DNA of 64,000 nt from Cycas panzhihuaensis (GCA_023213395.1 CM041465.1:68641741-68705740); one strand, 5' to 3'; numbered from the stretch's first letter, positions 14,101 through 29,195 are shown. Numbers and translations: made by a program. Notes: generated by a model not told the origin, from the sequence alone.

Positions 14101-15350
14101 AACAGTTTGAATAATGATGAGTTTGGCAGCCCAAATGGGATGGAAAGTCTATCAAATAGATGTCAAAAGTGCTTTCCTCAATGGTTACATTGAAGAGGAT
14201 ATATATGTCCCTCAATCCCTTAGTTTTGAAGTCAGGGGAAAAGAAAACAAAGTGTACAAACTAAAAAATATACTTTATGGATTGAAATAAGCACCCATGA
14301 CTTGGTATTCCTAAATTGACAAATACTTTAGAGATCACGGCTTTAAAAGATCTCAAACAGACCCAAATCTCTACATCAAAATCAAGGGAGATTCTATCTT
14401 AATTATATGACTCTATATAGATGATCTTGTCTACACTGGAAATGACTGTTATCTTTTGTAAAACTTTAAGGAAGCCATGTGTAAGGAGTTTGAAATGACA
14501 TATTTGGGATTAATGCATTACTTCTTAGGTTTGGAGGTATGGCAAGATAAGAATGGCATCTTTATCTCCCAATGGAAATATACCTTAGACCTGTTACAAA
14601 AGTTCAGGATGACCAACTATAAATCATTGGCAACCCCAACAAAAGTAGGAATTAAGCTTTCCAAATCGGATGACTCTACACCAATTGATCCTACACTCTA
14701 TAGATAACTAATTGGCAACTTGATCTACTTAAGATCCACTCAACCAAACATAACTCATTCAGTTATTTTTGTATCCAGATTCATGTAAGACCTAAAGACT
14801 ACTCATTAGCAAGTAGCCTAAATAATTCTTCGTTATCTTAAAGGCACTTTAGAATATAGGTTATATTATAAAGATTCATCAAACTTCTAGTTGACAGATT
14901 ATATGGATTCAGATTGGGTATGTGACATCAACGATAGAAAATCAACTTCAGGTTACATGTTTAGCATGGGTTCAGTAGTTATAGCATGGTGAACTAAGAA
15001 ACAAAATACAGTTTCCCTATCTACAACTAAAGCAAAATATAAAGCAACAATTACTAGCACATATGAAACAGTTTGGTTAAGAAGACTATTATAAGATTTT
15101 CAACTAAAACAAAAAGGGCCTATAAGAATTTGGTGTGACAATCAGAGTACAATACAGATGGCAAAGAACCTAATTTTCCATGGTAAAACAAAATATAATA
15201 AGACACAGTATCACTTTATTTAAGAGCTAGTACAAGCAAGAGAAATTAAATTAGCATATTGTAGCACTAAAGACCAAGTAGCAAATATCTTCATGAAAGC
15301 ATTGGGTGAAATTAAATTTCAGAAATTCAGAGACAAGTTGGAGGTTTTTC
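11132..15350 (+). pseudogene. Copia gag-pol polyprotein remnant
   Basis: MASNFENMIIPKFDGNNF gag start, LWHRRFGHLNY pre-integrase, FIDDYTRKMWV integrase, Q.DVKSAFLNG and YIDDL RT, CDNQS RNase H; many stops and frameshifts. Confidence 0.95.
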
Positions 15351-16911
15351 ACATTGGTTATTATAGGGGAGAATATTAGTATAATGTCCAATTAATTAGT
15401 GCACGTTTATACCTAGGGCCCTTCAATGCCACCTTGGGCCTCCCTAAGATACCACAGGCCATGTAAGATCATCAAATAGCCGCTAACAGCCATCAGAGGA
15501 GCTGAAATAACCACCACAGGTAAGTATTCAATTAATTGTTTAATATTTTAATATTTTTTAAAATTTTAAATGTTGTCGAGTAGAGACACTTGCCGCCTTT
15601 CCAAATTGTTCTATTTATAGGTGGGGAATACCTCTTTGGTATTTTTCAACATCGCCAGTCTTATTTCAGAAACTATTTACACTTTGGAATAATATATTCT
15701 CACCTATAATCCTCCCACTCTACACCTCGAAGCTAATACAAGATACAAGTTAGCCAAATATGATAAAGTTTAAATAATAAATAAGTAATGTTCAACTATT
15801 ATAAATCATTGTAAAATCACTAAAAGCATGCAATTATACCTTCTAAATAATCTACCTTAGGAAACCCATATCATTTAGCTTCAAATCACCCCTACAAAAG
15901 TTAAGTGTGAAGAGGAAGAATTAAGCAATCAAAAACATGAAGAATAATGAAAATTTATGGTTAAAATTCATTAACATTAGTAAACAAATGATGTGATGGT
16001 TGGAAACCTACAAACAATTAGCTAATAATGCTTAAATGAATATAAAGTTAATGGAAAGACATTTTAAACAATATAAACAAACTCTCCAATGGTCAATTAT
16101 AAGTCAAATAGTTTCAATTTTAAATTTGGTAAAGTTTTAACAAAATAACATATCACAAAAAATTTTAACCCCCAAAATAATGGAAAAAAAGGAATTTATA
16201 AATAAATAGTAATATGGTTTTTAGGTCCATAGTTTTATAACAACCACCTAAAAAAGTATTAAAAAATTAATAAAAATATTTATTTTATTTTATTTTTTGT
16301 TAATCTACAAGCTACACCATTATGAATGTAGGTGCACCATTGTGTAGTAAAGTGGTGTGCATTACTTAAAAAATTATGTACTACTCTAAAATTTATGCAT
16401 CATTTTGACATAAAGTAGTGCATTTGTATCACTTAAAAAAATTTTAACAATGTAGCATACATTGTTTTGAAATAAAGCAATGCATGCTTACTACACTAAA
16501 AATTTATGGTGATGTAATGTGCATTACTTTGAAAGTTTAAAAATCATTATAAAACTTAAAATGGGTATAACTTTCTCATATGGTATCTGTTTTTAGCCCA
16601 CAACCATTTGTTTCCTATATGCTTAATAAGATTTACATAATGTACTAGGTAAAATAATTAATCTCACTCATATTCAAAGTATAAAAAATTATAAATTTTA
16701 TATAAAATAAGTAAAAATATTTAGAAAAAAATAGAAACTTAGAGAAAAAATAAGAAAATAATAAATCAAGACTAAGAGACAAAGCATAGATATGAAAAAT
16801 CTAAAGTGAGATGGAAATAAGGTGTATGTCAATGAGAAAAATAGTCAAAAGTATGATAAGTACTAAGCATTTATGGTGGGCGAAGCTTGAGCTATTTTGA
16901 TAATTATGCAT

Positions 16912-19558
16912 TTTGATAAATTAGAGAAGGGAAGCTAGTATGATAGTGAAAACTGACATGTCAAAAGCTTACGATTGAGTGGCTTGGGATTGTATGATGG
17001 ACTATCCCAAGGCCTTTGGGTTTGATGAGGTTTGAGGAGGATGGATGGAAATATCTATATCCAAACCTCATTATTTAGTCTTGATAAATAGATCCTTGAC
17101 ACCTTTTTTTCCTAGGTATAGAGGTTTAAGACAAGGATATCCACTTTCCCCCTACTTGTTTATGATTATGGCAGAGATCCTTAGGAGAATGGTGGAAGAG
17201 GTCAGAAGAAAAGGCTGGGTCTCAAGGATGAAGCCCACATCCAATATTGATAATATTGTCTAGCACCAGTTTGTTGATGATAATATTTTTCTAGGGAAGG
17301 CTGTTATGGAGGAAGCTAGGGCCTTTAAGGCTAGATTGATTTCTTAATGAGAAAGCTACAAATCAAAAAATAAATTTGGAAAAAAGTTCTATCTTTTTTA
17401 TAAACACCTATGAGAGATTACAAAGGAGGATTAATAAGGAGCTAAGGATCCCTATTAGGTCCCTCCCATCTATATATCTTGGGATGCCCTTATTTGTTAG
17501 GAACATGCATGGGAAACTCTAGAACCCCATTATGGATAGAGTACAAAAGAAGTTGGCAGGGTGGAAAGGAACCCTCCTCAATCAGGCCAAGAAGATTCAG
17601 TTGATGGATGTAGAGCATCCATGTGTATATGATATCTATCTTTAGGGTCCCTAACAGAGTAGTATCAATATTAGAAGGCATTTAGAAAAGGTTCATTTGG
17701 TCAGGGATAGAGAAAAAAGACAGAATCCACCTAGTGCCCTGGGACAAGGTGTGTATCCCCAGATGGGTTGGTGGACTAAATATTAGAAGGTTGGATCCTT
17801 TTAAAAGAGCCCTCGTGGCCAAATTGGGGTGGAGACTGGTGAGAAACCCAAAAATTTATTGGGGTAAGATTATATCCAACAAATATTTATGGGGTAATTA
17901 TTTTTTAAAAGTAGAATAGGGGGCAACTTATGGATCCACGATTTGGAGGAGCTTGGTTCAAGCTAGGCCTATCCTATTATTTAGCATAAGATGGAACTTA
18001 GGAAATAGGGAAACTATAAATTTTTAGGAGGATAAATGGTGTGGAAACTATACTTTGAAAGAAAAGCCTAGCCTTGGAGTTTTATAGGCAACCTGTGAAG
18101 AGAAATTTAGAACCAGAGTTAAGGATTACTGGGAGGGTCAAGGCAGGCACAGATTATGGAGATCCTTTGAGGAGTTGGAAGCATCCCAAGGAAGGGGGGA
18201 AAATATTATGGCACTGAAGAAGGAGTTGGGCCAATGTTATATCCCAAAAAATCCAAAGGCTAACATGATCATATGGGCTATCTCCCCATCAGGGGATTAC
18301 ACAGTCAAACAGGGTTTTTTAGCCTTATGCTTAGAGGCAAGGTTGGCTAAGAATCTCATGTTGAATAGGGTGTGGAAGTTGGGTCTCATAACAAAGGTGG
18401 TAGTCTTTTGGTAGCTTTATCTAAAGAACAAAATCCTGATGGTGGATAATCTTCACAAGCACGGGTTCGCTATGCCAAATATATGTTTATTATGTAAGAA
18501 GGATGAGGAGAATCTAAACCACATCAGCATTCATTGTAGACTCTCCAGAAGTATTTGGTCTAAATTTGGGATCTCATGGGTGAGCCCTAAGTCCCTGGAA
18601 GACCTATGGAGGGCATGGATATCTCCCTTTAGAAGCAAGACTTTAGGTTTACTCTAGAAAATAATACCACCAATGGTGGTTTGGAATATCTGGAAGGAAA
18701 GAAATCAAAGAATATTCTAGGGGTAAGAGTTGGAGGAGATCAAGATTTATTAGATGATACATTCAACGACTCTGGAATCTATTAGACAAGTGGATCAAGA
18801 AAGTATTTCGAAAAGGGAGGCTAGGATTATTGACTATTGGGGCATTAACACACCAAATATTATGAAAATTAGGAGAAAGAAATGTAGGTGGCGACCACCT
18901 AAAGATAACTAGGTTAAAATAAACTTTGATGGGGTTGCAAAAGGAAACCCAGGTGAGGCTGGAGGGGGTGGATTATATAGATACCTAAATGGTAGAGTAA
19001 GGTGGGCCTTTATGGAATATTATGGCTAGTAGACAAATCATAAGGTCGAGTTAAAGGTGATGTAGAAAGTTGTATTTATGGCCAATGAGGATGACCTGAA
19101 CAAGGTGGAGATCGAAAGAGACTCGATGAATGTGGTTAGGATCCTTAGAGAGGACACTAAGGAAGACTAGCAAAATGAGGAGATGGTGAGGGATGCTAAA
19201 GACATTTTAAAGGCAAAGGAGAGTTTTTTTATTGGTCACACGTACATAGAAGGAAATGCTACAGCAGATTGGTTGGCCAATTGGAGGGTCTTTAATAAGT
19301 ACAGGAAAGTTTGGAAGGAGGACTTCCCAGAGGATATTTTGAGTCTAGTTAAAATTGATAGGTTATCTCAGGAGGAGGGCTAAGCTAGCGATTGGGTTTG
19401 TCATGGCATTTAGGGTTAGTGTGGCTAGGAGGATTTAAGTTCAGCTAGGCCATGGGCTTGTCATGGCCCTCTTATTTATAGCCAAATGGCAGATTCTGTA
19501 AAAGATTTGGGTCCCTTATAAAACCCCTTTTACTTTTTTACCAAATCAAAAAAAAAAA
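16912..19558 (+). mobile_element. 5'-truncated L1-type LINE (ORF2: RT, zf-RVT, RNase H), polyA, 14-bp TSD
   Basis: KTDMSKAYD, RGLRQGYPLSPYLF, QFVDD, CLLCKKDEENLNHISIHC, KINFDGVAKGNPGEAGGG, EGNATADWLAN. A-tail 19548-19558. TSD tgataattatgcat (16898-16911) / tgataattatgaat (19559-19572). Confidence 0.95.
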
Positions 19559-21729
19559 TGATAATTATGAATATATATAAATGTAATTACAAGTAATAAG
19601 ATATAATTACAGACATAATCAAAACTAGATCAAATAAACCATTTACAGATTTAGTCAAATTAAAATAGGAAAGTATAGCTAACCACATCAAGGAGTTCCA
19701 AAAGCAAGTAAATATTTACCCCTTTAGTGGCATAAGCTCATTTAATAGAACAATGAAAGATGGTAGTCGATGCCATACAAGCTTGCAATATCATCTATTC
19801 TAGTATCAAGGTGGTTCATAGTCTATTTTAATTATGATGGGTAATCATAAAATGCTAGGCCTTAGTATGAAATAAGATGGACGGGTGAACAAAAAATAAG
19901 TTATAGTATGTAACTTGTACTTATCATAACATAGTTAAAAAAAAAAAAAAAAAAACTCTAATAATCCAAATTATTACATAATAACCTATGGTTTATTCAA
20001 CTTACCTTTTCTATAAAGATGGAAAATGATATCGAGAAAATGTAATGCCCATCAAATGGATCATAACCAAATGTTATTAGATAAGTATAGGAAATTTAAA
20101 AAATAATTATAGAGAAGATGGTTAGGTGATTACAATCTTGAGTTTTAAAAAAACTTTTACAAGCAACTCAAAGGTAAGCAAATAGACAATAGTATGAATA
20201 TGATCTTAACTCAAAAATAGCATATGAAGCTCTCACTTATGCCAAGCCCAAGAATCACGATATAACACCCAATCCATATACAAACTATGCATTGATAGGT
20301 AAGAATAAGACTATCATGTGACCTATCCTTAGTTCCAAGATGGTATTGTTATTCAGTTATTTTTTATTAATACTCATACCTTATCAAATAAAACTCAATC
20401 ACGAAAAGGGTCATGGTGAAGGTTGAGATACATCTATTGGTCTTAGTGTCTACTTCCTCACATAAAGTTGACTTAGGAGAAGTTAGGAACCTAATAATAT
20501 ATGAGAACTTGCTAAAATTTTGTAATAAAACATAAGTACTAATAAGCAAGTCATTTAAAATATAAGCAACCAACACTAATAATACGATTAAGTAAAGATT
20601 AACTGGTTTTTAGAAATCATCAAATTGTGAGGGGGTGACAGTAAAAGTTAATAGCTCAAGAATAAGAGTATAAGATGGTAAACATTTGACTTATAAGGTA
20701 ATAGTTTATTATAAATCTCAACTAGGTCTATCTAGAGTGAAATCATGATCTATAAGTGAAATCTAAATCTACAAGTAGAACAAAGGTATGTACAACAAAA
20801 TATGTTACTAGTTTTGAGTTGGGTAACCCTAAAAGCTGTACAACCCTTCAAAACACTTTGTTAAAGGCATGTGTATGATTGAGAGAAGATTAAATTAGAG
20901 ATGAAACTACAATAAAACTCGTGTATATATTTTTAAAATATTTTCTTTTTTATAGCATTTTTTCCCACCTTCTTGAAACTGAAATGAAACATATCCATAA
21001 TCTAATCTGTACTTATAGAGGACTTTAATTAGTTTAAACTTATTATGGAGCTATACCTCTAAGCATGATGTTGAAAAGGAGGATGATGAAGTTTTCACTC
21101 ATTACAAAGTGTAGCTATTTTAGGCTCATCGCGGAGTATAATCTAATTTAAACTTGTAGAGGAATACAGTTAGTTAATACTTCTTACGGAGTTTTAGCTA
21201 GTTTATCATCATTGTAGAGTGATAGCCTTAATAGGAAAATATGAAGTAAAATCCAACAAAGGTGATTTCATTCAAGGTTAGAAAAAAACTACTAGGAAAG
21301 ACATGTACCATTTGCATGAATTTGTGTTTAGATAGTTTACCTAGTAGCTGAGATTGCCAAATGATATAACCAATGCTAGGCTTGTATGAACTATTACAAT
21401 AAGAGATTGAGAACAAGTAGGCTATAGAAAATGAACAATACAAGTTCTCAAGCATAAAGAATGACAAGATAATAAACTTATATTATTTCATAGCTCACAC
21501 TCAATCAACTTCATAATATATGAGTGGAGACAATGAATACAAATAAGAGATTCCATGAGGTATTACACAAGCTCACACATATGAGAGTATGGTTAGAGTC
21601 TAACAATAGAAGGTGAGCATTATGATGGATTTAAGAGATATAATAAATAATTTCAAGTCTATAAGAAATGTCATAAATAATACTACAATTAATTAATATT
21701 ATTTCTAACATCCCCTCATAATGTAAAGC

Positions 21730-24700
21730 CATTATCTCTTAGAAATAAAAGTTTTTCGAGCCTCAATTTTCTTATGACTTAAGGCCTTAGTGAGAATGTC
21801 AAAAATTTTATCCTTAGTTTAATAATAAACCAACTCAATTATTATGCTCTGCACCTACTGCTAAATGAAATGATGGTAAACTTCCATGTGCTTTATCCTA
21901 ACATAGAACATTGGATTCTTCAAAAGTGAAATTACACTCTAATTATCATAGAATAGTTGTGTAGAATCATCCAATAAAAGTCTAAAGTAACCAAGAAGTC
22001 TCCTTAGCCAAATGGTCTCACAAGTAGCTATAATTGTTGCCTTATACTTAGTCTTTATAGAAGACAAGGATATAATAGATTATTTTTATTACACCAAGAG
22101 ATCACACTAAAACCAAATGTAAAAACATATGATGATGTTCATTTCCTCTCATTTTGATCCCCTACCTAATTTGAGTTAATGAAGCCCTACAGTCTAAGCT
22201 CGTCAAATCTAGTAAACATAAGTCCATATCTAATAAAGCCTTTTACATATCCTAAGATTTACTTTGTTGTCTTCTAATGAAAAATGGATGGAGCACTCAT
22301 GAAGTGTGATATGATACTAATAGCATAATTGATATCAAGTTGAGTGTTAATAAGGTAAATCAAACTTCCTACTAACTACCTCTACATTATAGCATTAATA
22401 AACTCCTTAGACAATTTGAGACCAACTTCCATGGAAATAGCTATTAGCTTACAATGCTCCATATAGAATAGTCTCAATAAATTATGGTTGCATTTGGATT
22501 GCAATACAAAAATTCTATCGCCCTTCTACCAAATCTCTAAAGTGAGGTAATAATATAGAGAGCCAAGATCTAGCATCTCAAATCATTATAAAATTACTTT
22601 TTGAAAGAGCCAATTTAAAGAGTATCACTTCTAATAATGAAGAGATTATCAACATAAAGTACAATAATAATAATCTCATCATTTAAGTGTCTCGCATATA
22701 AACTATAATTAGATTCATATTTAATGAATCCAAGTGGAGTAAGATAGTTATTGATGTAGGAGTATCATACCCTTAGTACCTACTTAAGTCCCATAAAGAG
22801 CTCTCTTCAATTGATAAATAAGATATTACTACTCAACCTATATAAAGCCTTTAGGTTTCTCCATATAGACCTTCTCATCAAGAATGCTATGAAGAAAATC
22901 ACTCTTTACATCCATTTAGTAGAGTATCCAACCAAATTAAGATGTAAGACTGATCAACATTTGGATGATAGTCATTTTTTCCACAAGTGTAAAGGCTTAA
23001 TTAAAGTCCACACTTGTTGTTTATACATAGACATTACCCATAATTAGGATTTGTGTTTGTCAATTACACCAATTGATCTATACTTCAATTTATATACCCA
23101 TTTGCAACCAATGGCTCTTTTATCTATAGAAAGTTTAATAAAGTCCTATATGTTACTCTTACTCTTTTTCTAAACAAGATTGATGCCATTAACCTTGGAG
23201 TCCTTAATGGTTTGGTAATACCATTTGGGCACTTTCTTAATAAGAGGAGAAGAGGAAGTATAAATCCAATCATTGTCCTTCTCCTCTTTACTCTTTACAT
23301 TTATTTTATCTATTTTATACTTTTCTTTACCTTTATTATTTATACTAGGTAAAATCATCTCATTAGATTCATTGAATAATATATCCCTACTAATTACAAT
23401 CTTTCTCTATGCAACATTATAGAGCCTATATACCTTAGATGACTCATAGTATCTAACAAGAATATATTTTTGGCTTGTGTCATCCATTTTATGCCTCTTC
23501 TCATTAGGCACATAGACATAAGTAATACAACCCAGAATATGAAGATTACAAACAAAGGGTTTTTTATTGATCTAGGCTTTCTTAGGAGCCATATTCCATA
23601 CTATTTTAGTGAGACTCTTACCTAATAAATAAGTAGTTACTTTAGAATTTTTTCCCTAGAAGCTTTTAAAGATACTTTTGCCTTAAGAAAGAATCAAATC
23701 ACCTCCATAATTATGCATTCTTTCCTCCTAGATATGTTATTCTATTACAAAGTGTATATAATAGTAAGTTAATATCGAATGCCTTAGAGTTTTTAAAAGT
23801 TAATAAAGTCATTTGATAAGTACTTACCTCTAATATCACTCCTTAGAATCTTAATTTTCTTTCCAAAAGAGATCTCAACTTCAACTTTTAATTCTTTAAA
23901 CTTATCAAAAGCATGTGATTTATTCCTAAGGAGATAGATCTAACATCTCCTAGTGAGATCATTGATGAAGGTCATAAAATAATTAGAACCTCTAGGTGAA
24001 GCAAGTGAAATGGGTTCACACAAATTAGAGTGAAGTAATTCAAGTTTATAATTAGCCCACCATATAGACTTGATAAATGGATCTCTATGTTGCTTCCTTA
24101 GAGCACAAATGTCACATATTTTGCTACTCTTTTAAATGAAGGGAAAGTCAAGTACAATCAATAATTTTCTCAACAACTAAGAACTACTATAGTTCAAGTG
24201 AGTATAGTAGTCATGTCATAGACTATTGTAAGATTTATATGTGATAAAAGCATGCTTAAGGATTTTAAAGAACTTATAGAGTTCATTCTCTTCAAAACCT
24301 CTATCTATAATAACATTTATTCTCTTAATATGGCACTTAGTTAAATTAAATATAACTTCCAATTATTATTTAGTGATGTGATTGATAGAAAATAAGTTAT
24401 ATTTATAGGAGGGTATATAATAAACATCTAACACTTTAAACACCCTACTATTAGGTTGATTAGAAGTTATATTATCATGAATAAAGACCTTATAATGACT
24501 ATTGTTGGCAAGAATAATAGAAGAATATAAGTCTTCATTTATCTCACTAAACCACTGCTTGTGAGGACTAATATATTTTGATACTCTAGAATATAAGTAC
24601 CAAAAATCTAATGCAAATATATAAAGAATTAAAATATCAAGTTTATTATTTATTATCAAAATGGGTGTAGATATAGATGTTGTCTTCTTGTCTTTCTTTT

Positions 24701-25470
24701 TTTTCCAGTAGTTCTTTTCAAGATGAACCTTCTTATTGTAACAATTACAAGAAATTTCCTTTTTAGGTTTATTAGTGTTTTTGTTTTGAGGAGGCTGTGA
24801 GACATTCTTAGGAGGGTTTTTATAGTTTTTCTTTTTAGACAAATTTTCTAGCACCATAACACTATTGCTACCTGGGTAATTACTCATCCTTTTCTCCTCA
24901 TCTAAGAGTAGCCTCGCAAGCTCATCAAATAATAAGGGCTTTGCTCTTTTATTTAAGGAAATACTAGTTACAAAAATATAGTAGCCTTCATGTAAGTTAT
25001 TCAAGGTGATACTAACTAATTCCTTATCCTCTATAATATCACCTATTATGATAAGTTAATCTCTAATCTCCTTAATTTTTTCACATGTGAAGAAATATCA
25101 TCTTTAGTGGTTATCTTATAAGAATACAAAAGACTCCTTAGGTACAAAACTTGAGTCTTATTCTTTGCTTCAAAAAGGCCTTTTAACGTCTAATATGCTT
25201 CAAATGTTAAGTCTTTTTCTTATAAATGTGTGATGAGATCATTTACCACTAATAAACTAATGATGGCTAAGGCCTCTTAGTTGCAATCCTCCTAATTGAG
25301 CACATCTTGACTTGTCATTGTAGTGTTAGTTACTATCTTAATTATTATAGTTAGTTTTTATTTGGTTTCTTCAACAATCTTTGTTAATTGTATTAAAGCC
25401 AAAATGTTGAAAATCTTGAATTTCTAAATGACATAATCCTTTCCATTTTATTTGTGTGAATTAGGTAATA
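21730..25470 (-). pseudogene. Copia gag-pol remnant
   Basis: Minus strand: gag (ORF 24366-25004), protease WYLYSRVSK, integrase TFINDLTRRC, RT LYVDNL, RNase H DILTKAL. Confidence 0.9.
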
Positions 25471-25567
25471 TATAGCATGAAATATTTACACTTAATATCT
25501 TTTAATTTAAAAAAAATAAACAAATTTATAAAAAAAGACAATAAGTGTGAGTTTTATAAGCTAACTT

Positions 25568-26877
25568 TGCTGGAATTGAAAATGTAATATACAACAAGAC
25601 ATCTAATGGTGAATAAAAGATTTAGTAATAAAGTACAAAAAGATAAAACATATACAAAGTGAATACCATATGTGGAGGATTGGCTAAAACTCAATTAGAG
25701 AGAATGAAAAAGTGCATACTTATAATACGTGCTCACCATTAGTGAGAGAACCTCATTGGTCAACTTAGAGGTGGCCCACAGCCTAATATAAAAATATAAA
25801 TAAATAGAGAAAGAGATTGCATAGGGGTAATATATAATTGGGTATTATACCCAACATTCCCCCTTGTAATAGTCAATTGCATAAGAGATTGTTATATCAA
25901 ATAAAATCTAAGTCTTCAAAAGTATGTTGGATCAAATACTATAGCACATAAATAAAGAGCTACCAATGTCCATATGAAGTGAAGTCCATCAATCGAAATG
26001 CATCGATCGTTAGTCGTTGCAACCACCAGGTGAGTATGAACTCCCTTTGTATATATGGATCAATCAGAGCTAATAAGAGTTATTGTAAAATGGTCCCACC
26101 CCTTATTCATATGGGAGTGCAAGTAGAAAAGTGTATAAGCGATACAAAAGTGGCTTTTAAAAATGTGTCCTACCTCTTGCTAAATAGGACTATCACTTCT
26201 TTAGCATCTAATAGCCATAAATACAATAGGCTCTATGGCCTCAAATCACCATATGGGCTACAAAATGTGTCTTTGGGCTTTATAACATGCCACCATGGGC
26301 AAAATAACCAACAATCAAGTTCTTACATGACTCAAAAAATGATAGATATGACTTAAATTATTACATGAATGACTCTCTCTTAAATAAAGCTCAAAATAAA
26401 ACTCAATAGGTTCTCAAGAGCTTAAAAAATTAAACTTTAGTACATGTTATCCCCCCTATTTGGGGTATATTATATCAAAAAATAGTATAAAACCTTAAGA
26501 ATTATATGTAAATGCCTCAAGAAGCTAAAAAAAAAAGGAAAGATAAAGATTTGATTGAAACTTTAAATTTTAAGCTAAAACTTTTGCATTAAAATAGCTC
26601 CAAAAATCATCAAGTAATCTATCAACAGAAAAATCTCTTTATTACAAATCTAATGTAATAGACAAGAGCAAAAACGAAGCGTCCTAGCTCAAGATATCAT
26701 CAAAAAGGCAAAAGGTACTCCACGACAAGTTGAAAATAAGGGGCTAGCCCCTTTCACTAGTTGGCTACTGGTCGCATAATGCCTCCATATGGTTGGGGGT
26801 TGAAACATAAGGGGGATAGGTAGATCTAGACCATTATATAATCTAGTTAAATCTAATTTTGAATTTGTAATATATAT

Positions 26878-26936
<59 letters not shown>

Positions 26937-28834
26937 GACCCTTTCATAAAATCTCACATCTGGCCAAATAAAAAATGTGCCCAAAAAACATTATCAAAAA
27001 TATTATATTATAACCCTAAAAGGAGATTAGGGTTTTGCCAGAAAACATTATCCTTGGCTACCATCAATTTTTAGTTACAAGTTTGTGGATCCATAGATTT
27101 GTAGGGTCGTTTGCAACATAACCACCATCAAATCTATTAGTTTGTAGGCCAGCATATTGGCCCTCCCTGAATTTCTAATAGGCTCTTTTTGTCTTACTAG
27201 TGCTACCCATTCTCCTCTAGATGGTATTGAGGAATCTATTATTGATGGTCAAGATGCATATTATAAATCACAGAAAAGACATCGACGCCCTTTAGTTTTC
27301 CTTCTCTATTGACAGACAGATGTTAAGTAATAAGACTACCTGAGTTATGATTTTAAGGACCCTCATTTGGTCTAATGTAGGAATAAAGTTAGAGGATGAT
27401 AGGTTCCCATGGGATGCATTAAAGATTACAAGGATAGTCTAGCCAACAAACTAGATTGGCTTCAACATAATATTCTAAGGCCATTGCTTATAAACAGGAA
27501 GCATCAAAGTCATCTACAAAGTAGTAGTATATGGAGGAGCAATCTTCCTAGGAGTAACTTCTTTTCTCATGCCCCCCTCATAGCAAGAATCAGCTCTCAC
27601 ATCATGATATGAAACTACAGACTAATCATATCCCTTATCAACAATCAAAGTCAGCCTATATGGATCGGCAACAAGCTAAGAAGAACTAGCCAAAGCAAAA
27701 TGTAAATTATGCCTCTTATAAATAACATCAGCAATCCTCTGGTCAAGGCTAGGGCCCAACTCAAGTGCAGGTTTCCCATGAAGAACAGATAGTCATGAGG
27801 AACATCTTTGATCTACTACTATGTAAAACTTTAAACAATAAGATGCTCCTATACCAAAGACTAAGGAATCTCGTGGAGCTAGCTAATATCATAGACAATA
27901 TATGAAGTACCAAGCATCACCAAACTTAACAACCCTTCTTTCTATTTTTTGATATATAAAAGCATAGGCCAAATTTGAAGGCTATACATACAAATTTTTA
28001 AATTTTTACATAAAATAATACAAATACATCCTCATAGAAAACTACTTAACTATAAAAAAAAATTCCAAGATGGAGTCATTTTTAACTTCCAGATAGCCAA
28101 AAAAAACTCACTCAATTTCTGTAAGCATATCTATTGTAACCTACCCACTGGCATGCAAGGAGATCACTTCATACAACTACGTATATCCATAAAAACCTTC
28201 TTCTTGATAATAACAAATAAGCTAATTCTATAGGGTGATCAGGCATGCATGAATAACTAATCTATAGTAGCTTCAAAACACCTTCATAGCATCAAAATAG
28301 AACTTTTAATAAATTTTAATAGCCTCAAAAAATAGCCACTTGAAATGATAAAAAATAACCCTAAATATTTAGCAAAAATCCCTTTATAGATATGCATTAG
28401 GTTGGCTTTTCATAACCTCAAATGCACTTTCAATAGCAGATCATAATATAGGTATAATACAGGTTCCTCAAAAGAATAACTAGAATGAAGGATAACATGT
28501 ACTAAAGATTTATAATGATGCCCTCAAGTATTAAACCTTGGGCTCTGATACCATGTTAGGAATTGAAAATACAATATACAACAAAACATCTAATCGTAAG
28601 ATAAAGCATGTACAAAGTGAACACCATATATGGAGATTTGGCTAAAACTCAATTAAAGAGAATAAAAAAGTACATACTTATAATACGTGATCACCATTAC
28701 TAAGAGAACCCCATTGGTTAACTTAGAGGTGGCATGCATCTCTAGGTGGCCCACAACCTCTAATATAAAAATACAAAATAAATAGAAAGAGAGATTACAT
28801 AGGAATAATATATAATTGGGTATTATACCCAACA
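25568..28834 (-). mobile_element. Non-autonomous LTR element, ~3.3 kb (LTRs 25568-25856 and 28554-28834; PBS 28542-28553; TSD AACTT)
   Basis: Paired LTRs, perfect reverse PBS gctctgatacca, reverse PPT ttcccccttg at 25857, AACTT on both flanks; no RT or integrase recognisable. Confidence 0.92.
26870..26936. repeat. Compound (TA)n(CA)n(TA)n microsatellite
   Basis: Directly visible. Confidence 0.95.
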
Positions 28835-29195
28835 AACTTAAAGGATGTAGCATCTCTTACACTTTTTTACTTTCAAATATAATGATGAAAAGAAATTAGA
28901 GAGCCCAAAAATAACCTAAATGTTGACAGTTAGTGTTTATTTATGGCTCATAATTTTAAGCTATAAGCCTCCCTTTTTAATCTTTGTAATTTATTAGTAT
29001 TAGGTTATTTTAATATTTATGTGACTAATGGGTCATTAAGGGTTGCAACTCTCACTTCAAATATATAATTTAGTTAGAATTTAGATTTGTTTTAGAGTTA
29101 TATTTATTTATATATAGTGCATTATAAATCTTAATGAGAGATGATTAAATTTTGAGATTTTATTAGTTAATTAAAAAAAAAAATCATATGATTGA

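Larger units (their letters stand above)
8101..15738 (+). mobile_element. Full-length degenerate Ty1/Copia (LTRs 8101-8464 and 15374-15738; PBS 8467-8478; PPT 15365-15373; TSD CAAGA)
   Basis: Paired LTRs, PBS tggtattagagc, PPT aggggagaa, CAAGA on both flanks, domain order gag-PR-INT-RT-RH. Confidence 0.95.
7150..19740. repeat. Copy 1 of a long dispersed repeat (probable Gypsy LTR), split into ~7150-8100, 15744-16911 and 19559-19740 by SINE, Copia and LINE insertions
   Basis: Colinear similarity to 54780-55390 and 59110-60070 (e.g. accaccaagtta.gaaacccc, gtgatggttgg.aac, accacatcaagga). Confidence 0.7.

Noticed and set aside
26689-26925. Cys-Val repeat protein ORF
   Set aside because: Translation of the (CA)n microsatellite.
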